64,000 nucleotides of DNA from Heterodontus francisci (Eukaryota), in assembly GCF_036365525.1 (NCBI RefSeq), contig NC_090404.1:9238001-9302000 (forward strand), written 5' to 3'. The notes below the pieces were generated by a model. That model made no database searches. It was given only the letters and a program-made list of their open reading frames with translations, and was not told the DNA's origin. Numbering within the stretch: the stretch's first letter is position 1; every line of letters starts with the position of its first letter. A program made the position numbers and the translations under genes. Positions 36,201-47,447 of the stretch are shown here, piece after piece.

Positions 36201-39200
36201 GACAGTTGTGAATCATTGGACTTGTCTAACCTAGAGGGCTATGAATGTTCAGTCAATTACTGCACGATATTCTGACTCAACAAAGCTCTGGAGAATTGCT
36301 ACAAGACTTCCACACTCTTGTACTCCAAGGCGCTAGCAATAAAGACTAACATAATAATCCCCTTCCTAATTGTTTGCTGTACCTGCATGTCAAACTTCTG
36401 CGATTGTGATTCCTGTACAAGTTACACCAAATCCCTCTGAATAACAATATTTGTTACTCTCTCAATTTTTAAAATATTCAGTTTTCCATTTTTTCCTATC
36501 AAAGTAGATGGGATTTTTGGATTTTTGAGGAGGTAACAGAGAGAGAGAGAGAGAGAGAGTGAACAATGGCAGTTCAGTAGATGTAATTTATCTGGATTTT
36601 CAAAAGGCTTTCGATAAAGTATCCCATAATAGACTAAAGAATAACATCAGAGAAAGCCGAGTCAAGGAACTAGTGGCAGAGTAGATTATTAGTTGGCCTC
36701 GGGATAGAAAGCAATAGTGGGAGTGAGTGTATTTATTCAGAGTGGCAGAAAGTGAAATGTAGTATTCTACAAGTCAGTTCTGGGGCCACTGCTGTTCTCA
36801 GTTTACATTAACGATTGGACTTTGGAATTAAAAGCACAATTTCAACATTTAACACCAAATTATGTGGGACGGGTGTATGTGGGGTGGGGGGAGGTGGGGG
36901 GGATAGTTAGTTCTGAGGTAGACAGAAACATATTACAGGATGATACTAATGCACTTGCAGAATGGGAAAATAATTGGCAAATGAAGGTCAACGCAGATAG
37001 ATGTGAGCTATTGCACTTTGGGAGCAAGAATAGGGAAATCACTTATTACTTGGAAATGTGAGTCTAGGTTGGGTAGAGGACAAAGAGATCTCGGATTACC
37101 AATACACCAAACACTAGAAGTTGCGTCACAGGTTAGCAGGCCAAAAAAGCAAACCAATCCCCAGGCTTTATTTCTGGAGGGACAGCATTACAAAGTATGG
37201 AAGTTATGCTAAACCTTAGTTAGACCCACTTAGAGTGCTGTGTACAGTTCTGATCACCATATTATAAAAAAGTATATGGAAGCAATGGAGAGGGTGCGGA
37301 GAAGATTTACGAGGATGATAACAGAAATGTGGGAGTGTACATATCAGGAAAGGATGAACAGGTTGTGTCTCTTTTCTCTTGATAAAAGAAGGCTGAAGGG
37401 TGACCTAATAGAGGTCTTTGAAATTATGGACGGTTTTGATCAAGTGGATATTTTCACTCGTGTGGAAGAATATAAGATGATCACCAAGTAATGCAATAGG
37501 GAATTCAGAAGAAACTCCTTTACTCAGAGAGTGGAGATAATGTGAAACTCGCCACCATAGGGAGTGGTTGAAACGAATGGTTTAGTTGCATTTAAAAGGA
37601 AGCTCGACACGCAATAAGGGAGAAGGGAATAGACTGTTACCATGATAGATTTAGATGAGGAAAGATGGGAAGAGACTCAATTGGTGTATAAACGCCAGCA
37701 TGGACAGGTTGGGTCAAATGGCCTGTTTCTGTGCCGTACTTCCCATGTAATCCTACAAATGCAATAAATTCACACTTTCCCGCGTTATCCTCCATCTGCC
37801 ACATTCTTGCGCAATCAATTAACCTATCTATATCCCTTTGCCGCGTCTTTTCATCCTCCTCAAAATGTACTTTACCTCTCATCTTTCTACTGTCAGCAAA
37901 TTTGGATGTATTACGCTCGCTCCCCTCATCTAAGTCATTGGCATAAATTGGAAATAGCTAAGCCCTTGTGTCACGCCTCTAGTTACACTCTGCCAACCCC
38001 AAAATGGCCTGTTTATTCCTACTCTATATTTCCTATCACTCAACTAATCCTAAATCTATGTTAATATATTACTCCCAATCCCATGAGCCCTAATCCTGTG
38101 TAACAACCTGCTGTGTGGCACGTTATCGAATGCCTTCTAGAAGTCCAAATATACTGCATTCACTGATTCCCTTTTACCTACCCTTCGAGTGAAACCTCCA
38201 AAATCTCGAATAGATTTGTCTCTCTCTTTAATAATTCCATGTTGATTCTGCCTAATCAAATTACGATTTTACAATTACACTCTTACCACTATCCCAATAA
38301 TAGATACTAATATTTTCTACATTACTGATGCTAACTGGCTCTATTTTCTCTATCCCTCCTTTCTTGAACCATGGGGTTACATTTTCTACCTTCCGTTCCA
38401 GAAATCTAGAGAATTCTGAGATCAAACCAATAATTCCACTATTGCTCCAGATACTTCTTTTAAAAGCCTAGGACTAGGCAATCGGTTCTAGGGGATTTCT
38501 GAACTTTTATTCCCATTAATTTTCCAGTATCTTACAGCCCTTATTCTGCACAATTTCCATTATGTTCTTTGTGTTCTCTACTGTAAAGGCAGAGACTTAG
38601 TATCTGTTTAAAGTGTCTGCCATTTCCTCGTTCCCAATTATAATTTCACTTTTCTCTGCTTCTAAAAGCCCACGCTTATTTTCACTATTCTCTTCCTTTC
38701 AACATATTTGTAAAAGTTCTTACAATCTGTTTTTTTTCTTGCTAGTTTACTCTCATATTCTATTTTCTCCCTCTATTATTTTGGTCATCCTTTGCTGATT
38801 TGTAAAACCCTCCCATTCCTCAGCCTTGTTACTCTGACAACATTTGTAAGCTTCTTATCTTAATCTTATACTACCCTTAACTTCACTGGATTTTCCATGG
38901 CTATACCATTTTTCCAGTGGAATTTTCTATTCCTCAAGGGAATGTATGTTCGTTGAGAAATCAGAATAATTTATTTAATTGTTTGACATTGTTTATCGAT
39001 CATTATATATTTTAATCTAATCTCCCACTCTAACTGAGCCTGCCCGCGCTTCAGCCCTCATTAATTGGCTTTGTTCACATTTAAGCCCTGGTTTCGGGCT
39101 TAACCATTTTACTCTGAAATTCGATATGACATCTATCATGTTATGACCACTCTTCGCCAGAGGAGCCTTTACTTTAACTTTATGAATTAATAAAGTCGTG

Positions 39201-39900
39201 TTACAAAATAGTAGATCTAAAATAATCGATTCCGTAGTTAGTTTCCTCGACATATTGTTCTAGAATGTATTGAATGTATTCCAGAAACTCGTCCTCCAAT
39301 CTACTTTTGTCAATTTGGTTTGCCCGCTCTATATAAAGATTACAGCCCCATGATTTTTGCATTCGCCATGTTCCTCTAACTTGCTGATTTATATTCTGTC
39401 TAACACTATGGTTGTTTTTAAATGTTCTGGTCTTTTCTGCACTTTGTTTTTTCACAGCTCCATCGAACTGATTTTAGATCCTGACTTTTTGGTCGAACAT
39501 CATTTCTCACTATTCCCTTTATCTCTTTCTTTATTATCAGGCATATCCCACTTCCCTTTTTTCCTCATTTTTTCTGGCTTTTCCAAAAGTCAAATACTCC
39601 TGTATATTTAGTTTCCAACTTTGGTCACCATGTAACCGTATCTCATTAATCGCGACTAGATCGAATACATTAATCTGTATTTGTGCCATTAATTCACCTG
39701 TCCTGTTACGAATGCTTCGTGCGATCGTATATAACGCCTTTTATTTTTTACTATTTGTTCCTGATTTAGCCTTAGTCTCTCAGGCCCTATTACCGTTATT
39801 AAACCATCTGTCCCTTCCTGACTCAAACTGCTGGATTTTATCCGGATCGGTACTCTGCTCTACAGCCTTGGCTTGACTTATCTTTTCAAATTTACTAAAT
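33240..39900. mobile_element. Cluster of decayed CR1-type LINE fragments on both strands inside the NARTCR J-to-V intron
   Basis: Examples: ORFs 34372-34887 (-), 35117-35458 (-), 36822-37491 (+) and 37637-39455 (-) with CR1 motifs. Confidence 0.8.
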
Positions 39901-40455
39901 TAGCACCCGGATTATATTGCATCCCCTAATTAACTGTCGGTATCGGATAGGCCGCTGCAGGTATCGAAGGGGCCGCTGGAGTGTTGGGTTCACACTGCCC
40001 GGCCCGGAGTGGAATATTCTGCCGAAGTCTGTCACTCCTCCCGTGCTCAAAGGGACAGACAGAGCTTCCTCAGTCACAGTGAACAGCGGGAGCGGAGGCC
40101 GGAGTCTCGACAATCTGCGTTCATTTAAACCAACTGTGGATCAGAGTGAGAAAGAGTTTGGGATGTTTTGGGGATTCTCCGAGATCCACGTTAAACCACT
40201 GATGTTCCAGATGGGGTCAACACCCCGCAGACTGCCTTCTCTGTGGAGATCTTACCTCATCTCTGCTGACTCAAATCTGGACCCTATTCCCGGTTTATAG
40301 TCTGCCCTGAATCTAAAACTGCAATGGGAAAGCTCCGTAAGGAAACTGCTCTGTTTTATTGTCAACAGATTGAGGTGATATTGATCGCGATAATAAACTG
40401 AGGGTAAACATTCACCAGGACAGTCGAGTACATGGCGGGGTTTGGAGTCACTTAC

Positions 40456-40489
40456 CGGCAGTGACAGTCACCACAGTCCCACCAGGGAA
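40456..40489 (-). CDS. NARTCR J segment (FPGGTVVTVTA)
   Basis: TTC CCT GGT GGG ACT GTG GTG ACT GTC ACT GCC G|GTAAGT. Preceded by an RSS: heptamer 40490-40496, 23-bp spacer, nonamer ACAAGAACT at 40520-40528. Confidence 0.88.
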
Positions 40490-40880
40490 CACAGTGACAC
40501 CGCTCTCAGTCACACCAGTACAAGAACTACTGACACCTCAATCTGCCGGACACACATTACCAGACTGTCGATGCTGCCAAATTATTCGTGGGATTTTAGA
40601 TCAATAAATAATATTCCATGTTTCCCATTCCCTGTCGATTCAAACTGTTCTTTGTGAGACTCTGAGCTCTTAGTAAAATGGCCCAGGAACACGGGCCGGA
40701 GATGGACGCTTCATATAAACGGAGACAAATATCAGAGAAAGATAAGAGAAAGGGGGAAATTACAATTAAATTAAACCAGATTACAGCGATAATAACATCA
40801 ACGCTACAATTCAGTATCCGGACCTGGGGAATTTATATTTTAATTGTACAGTGGTATTTGTTCAGGTCTCTCCCACTGTG

Positions 40881-40895
40881 ATCTGTTACAAGAAA
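40881..40895 (-). CDS. NARTCR D segment (TTTCTTGTAACAGAT) flanked by 12-spacer RSSs
   Basis: Plus strand: GGTATTTGT (40853-40861), 12-bp spacer, CACTGTG, 15-bp core, CACTGTG (40896-40902), 12-bp spacer, ATCAAATCC. Lies between the V and J. Confidence 0.82.
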
Positions 40896-41286
40896 CACTG
40901 TGCTTCAAATCAGCATCAAATCCCCCGGTACTTGGTGAGATTTGGGGACATTAGTTTAACGGCGGCGGCTGCGGTTCCTGGTTCCAGCTGTTAGAACAGG
41001 ATCCCATCTGATGTTCGGGATTTGTAACCGGGATCAGTCATTCCCAATCGCTATTCACTGACACCAATCCCGGGAAAGACATCACCATCCGCATACACTC
41101 GGCATTTACAAAACTCAAGATGTTAACGGCAATAATCCAATCTCATTATAAACTAGACTGTGGGGCAAAAGGTGCGAGGCGGAACTGTGGGGTTTAACGG
41201 CAGATTAACTATAATTTTCAATTTGTTTTTGTGATAATCTGCAGTGAGAGTTTTTGTACCGCGGGAAGCCGAGGCCCATCACTGTG

Positions 41287-41758
41287 TGTTCCTCTGTACT
41301 CAGCTTGGCAGTAATAGCTGGAGGTATCTTCAACTCTTACATCCCGAATTTCCAGCGAAAATGTCTTTTTTGCCTTATTCACCCTAATACCAAATCGGCC
41401 TCCACTGTAGATCCACTCCTTCTCTCTCCCGGTCTGGGTTTGTCTGAAGAAATATCCATTCTCTAAAGTACAGCCATCAGCACTGTAAACACAGGTGATG
41501 GTGAGAGACTGACACTCCTTCCTGGTCACCGCTGCCGGGGTCTGTGTCAATGACTGACTGAAAGAGCCTGGAAATTAAACAGAGAAAGTTTAATGGGCCA
41601 TCAGAGCCGAACCACACAACGAGGCTCAAACCCGAGACAGTGTCTGTAATTCGGATGGACTCGGGCAGCTTTCTATTAAATCCACACAATGTCGGTTTGT
41701 TTGATCGGTACTCACGGGGTAAACAGACACACAGGGTGAAAACAAGGAGGATTCCCAT
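41287..41758 (-). CDS. NARTCR V gene (IgNAR-like V; leader 41716-41758, V exon 41287-41567)
   Basis: MGILLVFTLCVCLP|RSFSQSLTQTPAAVTRKECQSLTITCVYSADGCTLENGYFFRQTQTGREKEWIYSGGRFGIRVNKAKKTFSLEIRDVRVEDTSSYYCQAEYRGT. Has the IgNAR-type CDR2 deletion (60 residues between canonical Cys), GGRF and KTFSL motifs, and an FR1 Cys. RSS: CACAGTG (41280-41286), 22-bp spacer, ACAAAAACT (41249-41257). Confidence 0.92.
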
Positions 41759-43369
41759 CGTTCTGCTGCCTGGAGCTGATGGTTTATATGACGGGGAGCT
41801 GGAGACTGCAGCCCTGGACTGTTCTGGGAGACTGGACCTCAGAGCTGGACTGAAATACTTCAGGGGTCGAACTGATTTGCAGAGGGCAGTGTCCTGGAGA
41901 TCATTGATGGGCCGCACGGTTCCCGGGTCTCTGGCTGTGCGTGTGTTGTGTGAATAACCAACAGGTTTAAAGAGGGAACGTGCAGTTTTCTGTCGCTACA
42001 TTGGGTCTGTGAGGCCGATGTGAAATCCCTTCCCACATTAGTCTGATACAGGGGGTGGGGCTGGGGGAGTTGTTCTGTCAGTGGAAGCTGCCGCCCTCCT
42101 TTCCCCCACAGTAATGAGCTGGGAGGTCACTCCATGTGTTTTTATTGGGTGGTGTTTGTTGAGGGTGGAATGTTGACCCAGGACACCGGGAGAATCCCCC
42201 CTCCCCGCTCTTATTACAATAGTGCCGGGGATTCTTTAACATCTCCCTGAACGGGCTGGCGGGGCCTCGGTTAAACGTCTGATCTGAAGGACGGCGCCTC
42301 AGACCCGGCAGCTTCTCTCAGTCCAACTACTGAGGGTCAGGTTACAATATGAGACAGTCCAGTGACATTGTCAATATCCAGGCAGAAATATACAATATAC
42401 ACAAAGAATAAACTCTCCCTGTCATTTAAACACATGCTTCCTGCACCCTCCCCTTCAGTGGTTTGCATTTAAAATGCTTCAATTTAGTAATGATTGATTT
42501 CTAGATCTGTAATATTCCGAGTTTCCAGTTGCAGTGACAGAGAATGAAGAGACATTGGGAAAGACATTGGAGGAATTCTGTACGTGAAATATGTTTTGAA
42601 GATTACAGTCACCACCTTGTGAAATCTTTTCATTGTGTATAAATCGTCTTTGACCAACAACACACTCAGATCAAATAAACCCTATGAACAGGCCTCGGTC
42701 AAAGCCTGCGGGATCTGACAGGAGAGATGGGGAAAGGGCTGCTCAATATTGCAGGCAGGCACGGAAAGGGCAGTAAAGGCGAAAAGGGGACTTCAGGATC
42801 ACTGCACGTCACAAAAAAACATGGCCGACCGTATGTCACACAAACATGGTCGGTGGTTTAAATGACCTCACAACACTGCCTGATGGAGGGGGCCGCAGGG
42901 TCCTAATGTCCACCGAAGGCAACTCTCATCTGCTTGATCAGAAACAACTTTAAAAAGCACACACAAACAGTTTGCCTTATACATATTTTGTGCACATCAA
43001 TTATTTATCTAATTCCCTTTTGCTTTTGAATGTTACTATTGAATCTGTTTTCACTGCTCTGTCATGTAGTGCATTCCAGATCACAAACTGCATAAGATGT
43101 TTTTCCTCAGGACAGCAACAACAAGTTCTATTTATATAGCGCCGTTAACGCAATGAAGCATCCCCGAGCAGGTAACGACAGTGATCTTACTGAAACATGA
43201 ATCCTGCAGATACCGATGTTGTTAGGAACACCGTCTACACTGTCAGAACAAGGAATGTTATCAAGATTAATGTTACTCAGATTACTGCACAGCTCAATTG
43301 TAAAAGACGACAAATCATTGGAAATAATCGGAAGGAGAATAATGATTGAATTCATTTCAATCCACATTT

Positions 43370-43810
43370 CAGGGAGGATTGCAAGGCCTTGGAGAGGGGG
43401 GCAGAGGGGATTTATAGAATGGGAGCAGGGTTTTGGGGCTTCAGTCCTGCAGAGCGATTAAAGCGGAGGGGTCAAAAGGGAGATTTAATAAAGGTGATGG
43501 ATTATGAAGGAGTTTGATAGAGTTGATAGTGAGATACTGTCTCCACTGGGAGCAGTGTCGGCAACTGGAGAACACATTTAACATAATTGGTAGAGGAAGA
43601 AGGGAGGAGATGTGGAGTTTTTTTATGCAGCGAGTTATTCTGAGCTGGAATGAAGTCCCTGAAAGGGCGGTGGAAGCAGATTTCAAAAGGGAATTGGATA
43701 ATTACTTGAAAAGGAAAGATTATCAGAGCTTTGGAGAAAGACCAGGAGAGTGGAACGGATTCTTTCAAGGAGCTGCCACGAAGGGCCGAAGGGCCTCCTT
43801 CTGTGTTGAC
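43370..43810 (+). mobile_element. Decayed CR1 3' fragment
   Basis: FFMQRVILSWN...FKRELD and a GGGCCGAAGGGCCT tail. Confidence 0.75.
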
Positions 43811-44429
43811 AGATTCCAGGATTCCATGAATTTCAATTACATCATTCAGCAGGTTTATAATTGTGCTCCTGAAGTTGGTGTTTTTGATATTAATATATGA
43901 AAACTTAACGGCAAGTGCATTCACCGTTATGGTAAAATTGTAGATACTGAATGTCACCTTAAATCACTAAGCATTTTAATAGCAGTTTGCCTGAAGCAAC
44001 TAGATCCTGATTTCAGACCAGTAGATTGTGGATTCAACCTCAACTTCAGAATCTGAGCATATTAACCAGGCATCAATCGGTGCAGTACTGAAAAAGGCAC
44101 TATCTATCTTCGGACAATCAGAACCAATAACCTCTTCCCCTCTATCTAAATGGATCGAACAGGGAAGTGGGACTGACTCAATAGCTCTGTGGAGAGCCGA
44201 CATGGACTCGATGGACCAAATGGCCTCCTTCTGTGTCGTAAATGACTGTCTGATTCCATGACACTGTGCCTGTTCAACCGACATTAAAACAAATACATTC
44301 ACAGCAATTGTGCCACTTGCTCTATTGCTGATTTCTACGCGCACAAATCGGCCACGTTCATCTGAAATTAGTTACACTTTAAATACGCAAAGGGCGATAA
44401 AGTGGTACATCAATGCAAGTTGTATTACT

Positions 44430-45280
44430 GTTCTCAGCCTCATCCTTATCTATCACCCTCTGTTGGTGTCTCTCTGAATCACTGTGCTGAATCTCACTTT
44501 TATCTGTCTGCCTCTGTTGTTGACTCCGTGTATCAGTCACTGTACTCAGTCTCATGTTTATCTATCTCCCTCTGTTGGTGTCTCTCTGTATCGCACATTT
44601 TACTCAGTCTCACCTTTTATCTATGTTCCTCATTTGGCAGCTCTCACAAAGTGCACAGACAGGCACAGGGATGTTCTATGGAGGACGGTTTCACTCAGAC
44701 GCACAGCTCTATTGATCAAATCTTTAACGATTGAAAGCAGACAGGGACTGATTTGATGCACCTTGGATAGGAGGGCGGTCACTCAACCTTCTGCACAGGA
44801 ACATTGCTCAGGTATTCAATCAGAGATAGGATTGGCCCACTGAGGAGATTCTCACTCACCTCCACATGCAAAAGTATCAGATTACTAATTATTGAGTCCA
44901 GGCAGGCACCGTGTTGATCCACCGTACGAAGCCTCACTCATCTGCACAGGGACATTGATCAATACTTTAAAGATTGAGCACAGACATGCACTGAGCTGAT
45001 GCACAGGCATTCACTTACCTGCTCGTATCGTTAACCCTCGAGTATAGAGAGACAGTGAGCTGATCTACCGTGGGGAATCTCACTGATCGGCACAGTTACA
45101 CTGTTAAGGTTTCTAACCATTGAATACAGATAGTATCTCGGTTGATGCACAGAGAGGGCCTTACTCACCCGCATAGCAACGTTGCTCAGATCTTAAATAT
45201 TCAGTACTTCCAGGGATAGGACTTTTCCAACGTTGGGTCCTCACTCACTTCCACTGGTACATTGCTCAGATCGACCTTCC
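44430..45280. repeat. Degenerate tandem repeats (CT-rich ~55-bp units, then ~75-90-bp CACAGG.ACATTG.TCA units)
   Basis: Recurring motifs near 44702, 44794, 44945, 45091, 45172 and 45252. Confidence 0.6.
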
Positions 45281-45659
45281 ATTTTACTGTTTCATAATTT
45301 TAACTCGTTGTTTCAAGTTTCTGCTCCCTGTCTAGAGGGTTTTGACCCTCTATTTAACCCCATCTTTCTGTTTTTCCCTCTTTTGCTCGTTTCTCCCCAT
45401 TTCCCGAATTCCATTCACTATCCCCAGATACTCCCACTGCCATAAACAGTGGGACAAATCATTTCAAAGAGATGTTGAAAAAGCAGGCAAGTAACAGAAA
45501 AAAACCAAAGAACAGGTAAAAATAAAACAATTACGCGAATGAAAGAGGAACATGCAAGTGATTGAATGAAAGGAAGATGTGATCGATGACCCTGTGCAGG
45601 TGAGTGTGGGTTCCTTCGGTGGATTAGCTCACTACCTGTCTAACGCAATGATTTCCTCA

Positions 45660-46060
45660 TCACAGCTTTTAGACTCAGTTCCCAGCGACAGAGGCTTCAC
45701 AACAGAAGGGAGGAACTATTTCAGACACTGGCACAGGGCAGAAGCCATCGGCCGGTACATCACCACCACCACTACACTGGATATAGACAACTCCACTCAG
45801 ACTCTTTCACACTGGGGGGCGGTGTCTATCATTCAGAAAGCTGTTACTTGAAAGATGAGCGGCTCTGGACTAGGAATATCGGGGTTTGAGTGACAAGCCT
45901 TTGCTATATTAGGACAAGTCAGAATCACTGAAGTCAGGTTGATAACTGTCTCTGTATCTTTAAACTTCCTGACTCACTGCACAGGTACTGTATTGTAGGG
46001 CCGCGAATTATAAAGGGAGGCATAGTATCGTGAAGTAACAACTGAGTTATGCACGAATGT
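45660..46060 (+). pseudogene. Possible highly decayed TCR V relic
   Basis: Upstream GTGAGT donor (45600) and CACAG acceptor, then DSV..TTEG, a frameshifted W-YRQL and a weak RSS (CATAGTA-23-GCACGAATG). Confidence 0.3.
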
Positions 46061-46064
46061 TTTA

Positions 46065-46330
46065 TACAAAGAAAGGGTCTAATGTAATATAAACAGAGGC
46101 ATGGTCTAGCGTAATATGAACAGAGACAGGGTCTAGTTTTATATAAACAGAGACAGGGTCTAGTGCAATATAAGCAGAGACAGAGTCTAGTGTAATATGA
46201 ATAGAGACAAGGTAGAGTGTAATATCAACAGGGACATGGTCTAGTGCAATACAAACAGAGGCAGAGCCTAGCGCAGTAATGCGTGTGACAGGTCCTAATA
46301 TAAACAGAGACATGGTCTATTCAGTAATAA
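46065..46330. repeat. 27-bp minisatellite (AAACAGAGACAGGGTCTAGTGTAATAT-like)
   Basis: ACAGAG recurs at 46093, 46120, 46147 and onward. Confidence 0.85.
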
Positions 46331-47447
46331 TTGACGCACGGTCCAGTGCAAAATAAACAGAGATCGTGTCTTCTGCATTAAGAGCTGAGACCGACGCAAG
46401 GGTGAAATATAACTGGGCAAATGATACATCTTATGGTGCGAATGGATTTCACACACCTTAAGCCTGATTGTGAAGACATTAACATAATGGGTGTTAGAAT
46501 TTGTAGACCCGACCGGAATCTATCTTTTTTTACCTAGGGGCCATCGGGTGTGATGGAGACAGGCTGGAGAAACCGCTCCCCAGAGGACAGGTGAACTCAA
46601 CAATTTAATTCTCGTGGTTTCTAGGGACACAATAAGACTTGGAACCACTGAGTTTCTAATAGACCAGTCCCAGATCTGTCAGTGAGTGAAGCTGTCTCCA
46701 GGTACCTTAGCTCAGCAGTTAATGGGTGACACTATGAGTAACCTGCTTCTACTGGCAGAGCCCAGCTTTCCCAAACAGATGCCGCAGGATGATTCATGGG
46801 GTTTGCTGCCATCTGGTGGAATAAATCAGAATTTCTCCCCAGCATTTTGTTTTCTTCAATCGGAGAATGATCGTTTAGGAGTTAATTTTGGAAATTATTG
46901 AGAAGGAGACTACACCACAATGGTTGTGGTCATTAAATAATTAGTACAGGAAAAAGCACCGTTAACAAGTCAGATTGCTCAGAATGTAAGGCAATAGATG
47001 CAGTAGAACTGAAATTACCCGTTGCCATTGGAAGCAGTTTGTCAATTCCTAAACAGTTTCAAGCTCGTATGTTCCACGGTTTTGGGCTTTTATGTGTTGC
47101 ATATGTTATAGTCTTAGTCACATCTTGTTAACGTGATAACATGTCAATGTATTCAGGTTAATTTAATTCATACTAGACATGTTAATTAAATGATACCATT
47201 CTCTTTAGTTACTCTGCGCGCCGTTTTCCAGTCTTTATACGATGTCCTTTTCACGGTTTGTACCTCACTATCGCAACCTTGCTGATAATTTTTCTGGTAG
47301 CATTTTTGGATTCAGTCGGTCTTCTAAAGATCTGCCCGGGCCCAGAACACACCACGCCAGTCCGAAAGGATGATTAGCCCATTAATCATTGTCAGCTTCG
47401 AATCTTGTCCTGAAAACGACCTCGTAGAACCTGATTATATTGTGGGT

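Noticed and set aside
40075-40115. CACAGTG heptamer in the GC-rich region downstream of the J
   Set aside because: No nonamer at canonical spacing and no J or D coding features.
41287-41758. Alternative reading as a secreted IgNAR cluster
   Set aside because: Only one D was seen, no IgNAR C exons follow the J, and the next in-phase exon is a leaderless TCR V with the complementary Cys.
41875-41882. Octamer-like CTGCAAAT upstream of the NARTCR leader
   Set aside because: One mismatch to ATGCAAAT; expected by chance.
44000-44120. FR3-like string (SDSEVEVESTIYW) on the minus strand
   Set aside because: No Cys, no RSS and no upstream framework.
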